29,199 nt of DNA from an uncultured Planctomycetaceae bacterium. Its GTDB lineage: Bacteria; Planctomycetota; Phycisphaerae; SM23-33. The notes below the pieces were generated by a model. The model saw only the letters and a list, made by a program, of their open reading frames with translations, made no database searches and was not told the DNA's origin. The translations under genes and the position numbers were made by a program. Positions 17,534-25,221 of the stretch are shown piece by piece. The DNA lies in contig CAYTQL010000002.1 of the NCBI GenBank assembly GCA_964439555.1, positions 1 to 29,199 on the forward strand. Reading direction: 5' to 3'. The first letter of the stretch is position 1. Each line of letters begins with the position of its first letter.

Positions 17534-20179
17534 ATGCACAAGCGCCTGATGAGCATTGCAGGCATTGCGGCCCTGCTGGCGGTCGTTGGCACGGCCGGCG
17601 CCCAGGGCTACGAAGTCAGCGTCAGCGGCGCGACCCTGTTCGAGGCGTTCTTCCAGACGCAGGGCTCGACCAACGATTTCATCGACGCCAACAACAATGG
17701 CGTCTCGGGATTCAACAACGGCAGCCCCGATCAGCTCGCCCCCGACCACACCGTCCAGGGCTCGAACCCGTGGTGGCATGTGTACTACCGCGGCGTCGGC
17801 TCGGGCAACGGGCTCAAGGAAATGGTCCGCTCGAACCTCGAGCGCATCAACGGCACGGTCCCGCACCCGGTCGGCATCTACACCGGCGAGGGCGACCCGG
17901 CCATCCACAATCGCGTGGATGTCACGGACCTCAACGGCAACGGCGTCGCCGGCGACGGCCCGGACATGCTGCTCGACGGGCAGACCCACATCGACATCGG
18001 CGTGATGGACGTGCCGACGAAGTGGTTCAACACCGCCTCGGGCGTTCCGACCGCCGCCAAGGGCCCGGTCTTCGCCGCCAAGCCGACCCAGACCGGCTAC
18101 GGCGACAACCCGATGACCTCCACCCACGGGCAGGCGAATACGCTCAAGAACCTGGAGTGGAACGGCGACTCGCTGAACACCAACACCGACGACCCGGACA
18201 ACAGGACCGTCTTCGACACCGAAATCGCCGCCGTCCCGATCGCCTACATCGTCAACCAGGGCACCGGGCTGGGCACGAACGACTCGAAGGGCTACGGGCA
18301 GAACAACGGGAACGTCAAGGTCACCGAGCTTCAGGCCCTCTTCACCACCGGGCGCATGCCCAACGGTGAGAACCTCGTCGCCTGCACCCGCGACAGCGGC
18401 TCGGGCACCCGCAACGGCGCGATGAACACCATCGGCGTCGATCCCTCCTGGGGTCGCGGGGACAACATGTTCGAGAAGACCAAGCACACCCCGTACACCG
18501 CCGTCGGTCCGGACCACCAGAACACCAACTGGGGCTCCTCGACCCGCATGGAGAAGACCACGAAGAACACCCGCCTGGCCGTCGGCTACACCGGCCTGAT
18601 GGGCAACTCCAAGGCGATCCACGAGCACGAAAAGGGCTGGTACGAGATCGCCAACATCATGAACGACCACCTCGGCGGCGACACCTACGTCCGCCCGACC
18701 CGCGACGCCGTCCTCCAGCGGTCGACTGACGAGGATGAGTGGTACCGCATCATGGGTCTCGAGACGATGGCCACCGTCGGCGATCCGTTCGACGACTCGA
18801 AGGCCGCCATGTCCAACCCGCACGCCGCGGACTACATCCGCAACATCGTCGAGAGCATCGCGAATTTCGAGGCCTTCCAGGGCACCGACGTCAACAACTT
18901 CGGCATGCCCGGCCAGGTCCTCGCGACCGAGTTCGTCCTCCCGGCCGCGCTGCAGGCCAAGCCGAACCAGGCGGACCCGACGGATTTCCAGGCCCTCGCC
19001 CAGAACACCGATCTGCGCGACTGGCTCTTCCGGTGGAACTCGTGGCTGGCCGAGAACCCGGGCACTGACACCTGGAACAGCCCCGACTCGAGCAACGACC
19101 GCCTCAAGGGCTGGGGCGAAGGCGGCTCCGCCCACGGCGTCAAGGGCCCGTGGTACGGGCTCGTCCCGGTTCGTGACGACGGGCACGAGTTCATCGACGT
19201 CGACGGGAACATCCTTACCCAGGACACCCCGATCAAGAAGCGCAACGCGCTGGCCGGCGACTTCAACTACGACGGCATCCGCAACTCGGACGACATCGCC
19301 GAGATGCTCAATGCCGAGGCGCAGGGCGCCGCGTGGGCCGATTCGGCCAACACCAACCCGGGCACGGACGGGTACGCCTGTCTCGAGCTGCTCGGCGACT
19401 TCGACACCGACGGCGACTTCGACGCCGAAGACGTCCGCTACTTCGCCGACGGGCTGGCGATCGACCCGAGCACCGGCATGCTGGACCGCGCCGGCGCCTT
19501 CACGGCGATCGACAACGCGGCCAAGGGCAACTACTTCGGCACTGCCCTGGCGACCGGCAAGACGTACGAAGCCGGCGACGCCCGCGGCGACATCGCCGGC
19601 GACGCGCCGATCGGCGCGAACCCGGACAAGGCCGACGCCCAGGACGCCCACCAGAAGTGGGGCGTCGCGCCGGGCGCCGCGCCCTACGGGGCCGATAACG
19701 TGGTCGACGCCGATGACATCGACTACCTCAACTACGTCCGCAACGGCGGGTACGTCCCGGCCGGGTACGACGGCTTCGTGACCCTCAATGACGGGCTGGA
19801 CTTCGCCGACGACAGCGAGGCCGTCTTCACCGACCTCTCCTGCGACATGAACGGCGACTTCGTCGTGGACAAGACCGACGCGGACATCCTCGTCGGCGAC
19901 ATCCTCGGCACCGGCTACGGTGACGCCGACCTCAACCGCAAGGTCGAGCTGGCCGACTTCACCGCCCTGATCAACGGGTGGGGAAGCGACGCCGGCTGGG
20001 TCGCGGGCGACTTCAACGGTGACGGCGATGTGAACCTCACCGACTTCACCGCCCTGATCAACGGGTGGGGCGACCACAGCAAGTCCGCGCCGAAGATGTC
20101 CCCGGTCCCCGAGCCGGCGACCCTGTCGCTGCTCGGCCTCGGCGGGCTGGCGCTGATCCGTCGCCGTCGTTGCAAGTAG
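17534..20179 (+). CDS. Secreted protein: PstS-like (PBP2) substrate-binding domain, dockerin/EF-hand-like repeats and PEP-CTERM sorting tail
   Basis: Signal peptide MHKRLMSIAGIAALLAVVGTAGA. PstS-like motifs SGATLF, YRGVGSGNG, DIGVMDVP, RDSGSGTR, AVGYTG. DxNxDG-type repeats (GDFNYDG, GDFDTDG, CDMNGD, GDFNGDG). Tail VPEPATLSLLGLGGLALIRRRR. AAAGGAG SD before ATG 17534. Confidence 0.85.
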   Translation: MHKRLMSIAGIAALLAVVGTAGAQGYEVSVSGATLFEAFFQTQGSTNDFIDANNNGVSGFNNGSPDQLAPDHTVQGSNPWWHVYYRGVGSGNGLKEMVRSNLERINGTVPHPVGIYTGEGDPAIHNRVDVTDLNGNGVAGDGPDMLLDGQTHIDIGVMDVPTKWFNTASGVPTAAKGPVFAAKPTQTGYGDNPMTSTHGQANTLKNLEWNGDSLNTNTDDPDNRTVFDTEIAAVPIAYIVNQGTGLGTNDSKGYGQNNGNVKVTELQALFTTGRMPNGENLVACTRDSGSGTRNGAMNTIGVDPSWGRGDNMFEKTKHTPYTAVGPDHQNTNWGSSTRMEKTTKNTRLAVGYTGLMGNSKAIHEHEKGWYEIANIMNDHLGGDTYVRPTRDAVLQRSTDEDEWYRIMGLETMATVGDPFDDSKAAMSNPHAADYIRNIVESIANFEAFQGTDVNNFGMPGQVLATEFVLPAALQAKPNQADPTDFQALAQNTDLRDWLFRWNSWLAENPGTDTWNSPDSSNDRLKGWGEGGSAHGVKGPWYGLVPVRDDGHEFIDVDGNILTQDTPIKKRNALAGDFNYDGIRNSDDIAEMLNAEAQGAAWADSANTNPGTDGYACLELLGDFDTDGDFDAEDVRYFADGLAIDPSTGMLDRAGAFTAIDNAAKGNYFGTALATGKTYEAGDARGDIAGDAPIGANPDKADAQDAHQKWGVAPGAAPYGADNVVDADDIDYLNYVRNGGYVPAGYDGFVTLNDGLDFADDSEAVFTDLSCDMNGDFVVDKTDADILVGDILGTGYGDADLNRKVELADFTALINGWGSDAGWVAGDFNGDGDVNLTDFTALINGWGDHSKSAPKMSPVPEPATLSLLGLGGLALIRRRRCK
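19953..20070 (+). repeat. 31-bp perfect direct repeat inside the dockerin-like region
   Basis: CCGACTTCACCGCCCTGATCAACGGGTGGGG at 19953-19983 and 20040-20070, encoding DFTALINGWG twice. Confidence 0.9.
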
Positions 20180-20232
20180 TTCCGACGTTCGACGCAAAGC
20201 CGCACCCCGGAAGCAAGAGAAAAGGAGTTCGG

Positions 20233-20265
20233 CGGTCCCGCCCGCTGCGTGAGCGGGCGGGACCG
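20233..20265. other. Perfect 14-bp stem-loop between the two PEP-CTERM genes
   Basis: CGGTCCCGCCCGCT-GCGTG-AGCGGGCGGGACCG. No U-tract on either side. Confidence 0.7.
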
Positions 20266-20333
20266 ACCGGGCGGCTCGAGACGGGATTGGAAAGAAGACC
20301 AATCTCGGTACCAATGGAGAAGGGAGAACCCCA

Positions 20334-20828
20334 ATGAAGAAGCTTGCCATCCTCGCAGTGATCGGCCTGATGGCCGCCGGCGCCCAGGCCGGTCTGAACC
20401 TGGAAGTGAATGTCGAGAGCGGCGAAGTCACGATGATCAACGACGCGAACGAAGTCGTCCCGCTGTTTGGCTACTCGATCCTCTCCGAGTCGGGTTCACT
20501 GGACCCGGACGGGTGGGAGCCCACCGACAGCAACATGGACGCGTTCGTGTACTTCGGCAGCGTTCTGGGCGTCGTGAGCGAGACTTCGTACGACCTGACC
20601 GAGTTGGCCGTAAGCCCGATCGATTTCCCCGGGCTCGGGTCCTTCAGCCTCGGCATGGCGTACGACCCGGCCGTCAAGGCCGAGGACCTGGACTTCCAGT
20701 ACACCTTCGGTGAGCTGGGCGACGCCGAGCAGCTCGCCGGCGCCGTGGGTTACGTTCCCGAGCCGATGACGATGAGCGTGCTGGGCCTCGGCGGTCTGGC
20801 GCTGCTGCGTCGTCGTCGTAACCGCTAA
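20334..20828 (+). CDS. Small PEP-CTERM sorting domain protein
   Basis: Signal peptide MKKLAILAVIGLMAAGAQA. C-terminal VPEPMTMSVLGLGGLALLRRRR. Confidence 0.92.
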   Translation: MKKLAILAVIGLMAAGAQAGLNLEVNVESGEVTMINDANEVVPLFGYSILSESGSLDPDGWEPTDSNMDAFVYFGSVLGVVSETSYDLTELAVSPIDFPGLGSFSLGMAYDPAVKAEDLDFQYTFGELGDAEQLAGAVGYVPEPMTMSVLGLGGLALLRRRRNR

Positions 20829-20973
20829 GTTGCAACAGCGCGGCCGCCCGCACGGGGCTGCAATGGCAGTACATTTTGATCAGCCGTCTCGCGCCTGCCG
20901 TAGGTCAGCTTCGTTCTTGGCCTGCGGCAGGCGTCTGAACGGCCTGACTGCATTCCGCACGGAGCAGCCCGCC

Positions 20974-21324
20974 ATGCCTGAGCTCAACGGCCGGACCGGC
21001 CAGGGGGAACGCAGACGCAGCCCGCGTGAGCCCGTCGTCTGCCCCTGCCGCCTGATGGATCCCGCCGACGCCGAACCCACCTGCGCCGAGGTGATCAACC
21101 TCTGCCCCGACGGCGCCTTGGTCTGCGTCCCCGCCGGGAGCGTCCCGCGACTGCGTCGTCGCCTGCGCGTGGCGATGACGCTGCCCTCGGGCGCGCTCGG
21201 CGTCCCGGCCGAGCGACCCCTGACCTGCGAGGCGGAGGTCGTCCGGCACGAGATGCTCCGGGACAACCGTTATGTCGGCGTGGCCGTCACCTTCGAAGGG
21301 GGGCTGGACCTGCCCGCCTCCTGA
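20974..21324 (+). CDS. PilZ domain protein
   Basis: ERRRSPR (RxxxR), then INLCPDGAL (N-x-S/C-x-x-G), CEAEVVRH and YVGVAVTF beta-strands. GGAG SD before ATG 20974. Confidence 0.8.
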   Translation: MPELNGRTGQGERRRSPREPVVCPCRLMDPADAEPTCAEVINLCPDGALVCVPAGSVPRLRRRLRVAMTLPSGALGVPAERPLTCEAEVVRHEMLRDNRYVGVAVTFEGGLDLPAS

Positions 21325-21370
21325 GCCTTTTTGGGGGTCCGCGTCAAGGAAGTGTTGCCGCCCGATGCCG

Positions 21371-21410
21371 GGCCTGCCGGTTGCAGGCCGCGCGGCGGGG
21401 GTTCTATAAT
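21371..21410 (+). promoter_or_regulatory. Putative sigma70 promoter of the TolC-family gene with a palindrome over -35
   Basis: TTGCAG(21381-21386)-N18-TATAAT(21405-21410). GGCCTGC-N5-GCAGGCC at 21371-21389. Confidence 0.55.
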
Positions 21411-21437
21411 CCGTGGCGTCACGGAAAGGGAACGCCT

Positions 21438-23459
21438 ATGAACTGCGGTTCGCGTCTCGCCGGCCGAGGGTGGCTGCTCGTCGCCGGGTTCCTCCTCTGC
21501 GGGTGCGTACAGCCCGACGCCATCGACCAGGGCGTCGTGGCGGCGTATCAGCGAGCGATGGTCGCCCGTGGCCCGGGCGCTCGCGCCGGGTACGGCGAGC
21601 TGGACATGCTCCGTCCGCTCGAAGACGGGGTGACGGGCGAGTTGCCCGTCGAACCCATCGAGAAGCAGGCGGTCATCGAGACGATCCGGCGCTACGAGGC
21701 GCGCGAGACCGACGAGGACCGCAAGCCGGTCAAGGTCATCACCACCGTCAAGACCACCACCTTCACGCGGACCGACGACGGCGAGCTCACCTCCCGCACC
21801 GAGACGGAGACCTCGGACGTGATCATTCCCATGACCGAGGTGCCCGAGCCCTCGCGAACCGTCCGGGTGGTCCGCGTCGGCGCCGCCAGCGAGACCCGCT
21901 CGCTGCTGCCCGGCGCGCGGACGATGGTTCACCTGTCCCTGCGCGACGCGATCCTCCGCGCGGTGTCCAACAGCCTCGACATCCGCGTGGTCAGCTTCGA
22001 CCCGGCGATCTCCTACGAGGACATGATCCAGGCGGCCGCCGAATTCGACACCGTCGTCTTCGGCGAATTCAACTACGCCAAGAGTGACCGGCAGAGCAAC
22101 ACCACCTTCCAGCCGACCGTCACGAAGAACAAGACGTGGGGTGCGGGGTTGCGCGGCAAGACCCTCACCGGCGCTACCTGGGAGACCGGATGGTCCGCCA
22201 CCCGCACCTGGGAGGAGCCCGGGTCCGTCTTCAACGCCTTCAACAAGTGGTGGGAGCCCGAGCTGACCTTCGAGCTGACCCAGCCCCTGCTGCGGGACGC
22301 CTGGACGGAGGTCAACCTTGCCCAACTGCGGATCGCGCGGATCGACCACGGCGTGAGCCTCTCGGAGTTCCGGGGACGCGTCGAGGAGGTCGTCACGCAG
22401 GCCATCTCCAGCTACTGGGCCCTCTGGCGCGCCCGGCGGGACTGGCGAATCCAGCGGACGCTGCTGGACAACACCGTCGAAACCCGCAACCGCGTGATGA
22501 GCCGGATGCGCATCGACGCCAGCGAGGTCGAGCTCAAGCAGGCCGAGGCGTCCGTGGCCACGCGCCGCGCGGCGCTGATCCGCGCCCGCAAAACGATCCT
22601 GGACGTCCAGGACGCCCTCGCCCGCCTGCTCGGCGACGACCAGGTGAACCTGCTCGAGCCCTACGAGCTGGTCCTGGACACGCCGCCCTCGACCGCGCCG
22701 GTGGACCTCGACGCGACGGATCAACTGCTTTCCGCCCTGACCCACAGCCCGCTGCTCGAGCAGGCCCGCCTGGGCATCGCCGGGGCGGGCATCAGCGTCA
22801 CCGTGGCGGAGAACCAGCTTCTCCCGCGGCTGGATTTGCAGCTCTCCGGCGGACTCCAGGGGCTCGACCGAGCCAAGCACGAGGCCTACGAGAACCTCGG
22901 AACCGGTAACTACGCCAGTTACTTCTTCGGGCTGCTCTTCGAGTATCCGCTTGGCAACCGCGCGGCGCGGTCCGCGTTGCGGCAGGCGAAGACCCGCCGG
23001 CTCCAGGCGATCACGGCGTTGCAGAACACCGCCGACCAGATCGCCGTGGCCGTCAAGGAGCGGTTGCGGCAGATCGCGACCACCTGGGAGGAGATCGAGG
23101 CGAACCGCCAGGCCGTCGCGGCCGCGGCGAGACAGCTCGAGGCGCTGAACGTGGAGGAGCGGCGGGTGAAGCTTTCGCCGGAGTTCCTCAACACGAAGCT
23201 GCGGGCTCAGGAAACCCTCGCCGGCGCGCAGCGCGCGGCGCTCCAGGCCGTCATGGACTACAACACGGCCCAGATCGAGCTGGCCGAAACCACCGGGACC
23301 GTCCTGCGGCAGCAGGAGGTGGAGGTGGTACTCCCCCGTGTCATCGGCGGGCCGGTCGGCGTGCGCCCCGTCCCGCGAGCCCCGGCGTCCCGCCGTCCGA
23401 GCGCCGCGCCCGCGACCCGCCCGACGGAGCGGGAGATGGAGACGATCAGCCCGGAGTAA
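21438..23459 (+). CDS. TolC-family outer membrane efflux protein (lipoprotein)
   Basis: Lipobox LLCGC, LSLRDAILRAVSNSLDI, LTQPLLR, YW...L, NQLLPRLDL, YPLGNRAAR, long amphipathic helices. Confidence 0.87.
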   Translation: MNCGSRLAGRGWLLVAGFLLCGCVQPDAIDQGVVAAYQRAMVARGPGARAGYGELDMLRPLEDGVTGELPVEPIEKQAVIETIRRYEARETDEDRKPVKVITTVKTTTFTRTDDGELTSRTETETSDVIIPMTEVPEPSRTVRVVRVGAASETRSLLPGARTMVHLSLRDAILRAVSNSLDIRVVSFDPAISYEDMIQAAAEFDTVVFGEFNYAKSDRQSNTTFQPTVTKNKTWGAGLRGKTLTGATWETGWSATRTWEEPGSVFNAFNKWWEPELTFELTQPLLRDAWTEVNLAQLRIARIDHGVSLSEFRGRVEEVVTQAISSYWALWRARRDWRIQRTLLDNTVETRNRVMSRMRIDASEVELKQAEASVATRRAALIRARKTILDVQDALARLLGDDQVNLLEPYELVLDTPPSTAPVDLDATDQLLSALTHSPLLEQARLGIAGAGISVTVAENQLLPRLDLQLSGGLQGLDRAKHEAYENLGTGNYASYFFGLLFEYPLGNRAARSALRQAKTRRLQAITALQNTADQIAVAVKERLRQIATTWEEIEANRQAVAAAARQLEALNVEERRVKLSPEFLNTKLRAQETLAGAQRAALQAVMDYNTAQIELAETTGTVLRQQEVEVVLPRVIGGPVGVRPVPRAPASRRPSAAPATRPTEREMETISPE

Positions 23460-23514
23460 CCCAGCGGAGGACCTCAACGCGTGAGACGGGATTTTTTTCG
23501 ATTTTCTGCGGGCG

Positions 23515-23549
23515 GTGACACAAGGCTGTCACGGCCCGCATGTCATAAA
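23515..23549 (+). promoter_or_regulatory. Palindromic operator and extended -10 upstream of the WYL gene
   Basis: GTGACA-N6-TGTCAC at 23515-23532. TG-T-CATAAA at 23541-23549. No SD before ATG 23561, so the mRNA is near-leaderless. Confidence 0.55.
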
Positions 23550-23560
23550 GGGCCCGGACG

Positions 23561-24544
23561 ATGAGCGTCAGCCGCGTCTACCGCCTGCTTCGGCTGATCG
23601 CGCTGCTTCAGAGCGGTCGGTCGTACAACGCGGACCAGCTCGCTGAGGAGCTGGAGGTCTCGCGGCGGACGGTGTTCCGGGACCTGAACATGCTCGAGAT
23701 GGCCCGGGTGCCGTACTACTACGACCCGGACGAGGGCAGCTATCGCATCTCGGCGCACTACTTTCTTCCGCCGATCAACCTGACGATTCCCGAGGCGTTG
23801 AGCCTGCTGGTGCTCACCTCGCGCCTGCGGAGCGGGAAGCTTCCGCTGCTTCAGCACGCCTCCCGCGCGGGAATGAAGGTCCAACAGGTCCTCCCGGCCG
23901 CGGTGCGGGAGCACGTGGGCGACCTGATGGAGCGGCTGACCTTCCGGCTTCCGCCCGTCTCGCGGCACCGCGGGGTGGACGCGGTTTTCGCGGACCTCGC
24001 CTCGGCGATTGCGGACCACAAGGTCTGCCGGCTCCTTTACATCAGTTTTCACGAACGCAAGCAGATCCGCACCGAGCTGAGCCCCCTGCGCCTGAGCTTC
24101 ATCGGGCGGGCGTGGTACGTCATCGGGCATTCCTCGCTGCACGAGCAGCGGCGGACCTTCAAGCTCGGGCGCATCCGCGACCTGGAACTCACCGACCGGA
24201 CCTTCGAACCCCCGGAGGATTTCAACGCCGAGGAGCACTTCGGTCGGGCGTGGCAGATGATCCCTGAAGGCAGGCTCTACGACGTGCACCTGCACTTCGA
24301 CGCGAAGGTCGCCGGGAACGTCGCCGAGGTCGGCTGGCACCCGTCGCAGCAGATCGAGTGGAACGATGACGGGTCGATCGAATTCCGCGTGACCGTCGAC
24401 GGCATCGGCGAGATCTCCTGGTGGGTCCTCGGGTACGGTCGGTGCGTGGAGGTCGTCTCCCCGCCCGAGCTGCGTCGTTGGGTCCGCGAGACCGCCGAAG
24501 CGACGGCAGAGCGACACCAGGAGGATGCGCCATGCGAGCGCTGA
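23561..24544 (+). CDS. WYL-domain transcriptional regulator (HTH-WYL-WCX; YafY/PafC/DriD-like)
   Basis: HTH LAEELEVSRRTVFRDL, WYL region RAWYVIG...RTFKLGRI, C-terminal WWVLGYGRCVEVVSPPELR. Confidence 0.93.
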   Translation: MSVSRVYRLLRLIALLQSGRSYNADQLAEELEVSRRTVFRDLNMLEMARVPYYYDPDEGSYRISAHYFLPPINLTIPEALSLLVLTSRLRSGKLPLLQHASRAGMKVQQVLPAAVREHVGDLMERLTFRLPPVSRHRGVDAVFADLASAIADHKVCRLLYISFHERKQIRTELSPLRLSFIGRAWYVIGHSSLHEQRRTFKLGRIRDLELTDRTFEPPEDFNAEEHFGRAWQMIPEGRLYDVHLHFDAKVAGNVAEVGWHPSQQIEWNDDGSIEFRVTVDGIGEISWWVLGYGRCVEVVSPPELRRWVRETAEATAERHQEDAPCER

Positions 24545-24975
24545 TCCAACGCGTCCTCTCGGCGGAAGTCTCGGTCGGCGGCGAGCCCGTCGGGCGGATC
24601 GACCACGGGCTGCTGGTCTACGTGGGCGTCGGCGTCGACGACACCGCCGCGGACGCCGCGAAGCTCGCCGGGAAGGTCGCCCACGTGCGGATCTTCGAGG
24701 ACGCCGACGAGAAGATGAACCTCTCGGTCTCCGACGTCGGCGGGGCACTGCTGGTGGTTCCGAACTTTACCCTCATGGCCGACGCCCGGAAGGGCCGACG
24801 CCCGGCTTTCGTCGCCGCGGCCCGGGGCGCCGAGGCCGAAGCGCTCTTCGATGCATTCGTGGACCAGTTACGTCGCCTCGGCTGCACCGTCGCCACCGGC
24901 TCGTTCGGCGACGACATGCTCATCCGCAGCGACGCCGACGGTCCGGTGAACGTCCTCATCGACATTCCCGGCTGA
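24532..24975 (+). CDS. dtd: D-aminoacyl-tRNA deacylase
   Basis: MRALIQRV, GLLVYVGV, RIFED, KMNLSV, NFTL...KGRRPAF, DGPV. GGAGG SD. Overlaps the WYL gene by 13 nt. Confidence 0.94.
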   Translation: MRALIQRVLSAEVSVGGEPVGRIDHGLLVYVGVGVDDTAADAAKLAGKVAHVRIFEDADEKMNLSVSDVGGALLVVPNFTLMADARKGRRPAFVAAARGAEAEALFDAFVDQLRRLGCTVATGSFGDDMLIRSDADGPVNVLIDIPG

Positions 24976-25221
24976 CGACGCCGTTGGGGGGGGGATTGCC
25001 GAGGGGGACCCCGCGCGGGCGCAACGCCCGCTGGACGAGCCCGACCGCAGGTTTGCGCCGAGATCGCACGGGGGCGGGGCCTGCGGTCGGGGGCAATTTC
25101 GCAGCGGACCGCGGCATTGCCCGGAACGCGAAGTCCGGCGGTCGGGGTCGCCCGCTCCGGCGTCCTTGCCCGGAACGCCCGGGACCGCTCCCGGGCCGCG
25201 AAGCGACAGGTCGGGCACAGT

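Noticed and set aside
17513-20440. 975-aa minus-strand ORF and many other long overlapping ORFs (e.g. 21270-23477, 4981-6999, 3714-5399, 2246-3892)
   Set aside because: Antisense or off-frame shadows of well-supported genes. Stop codons are rare at high GC, and the translations are Arg/Gly/Pro/Val-rich with no family motifs.
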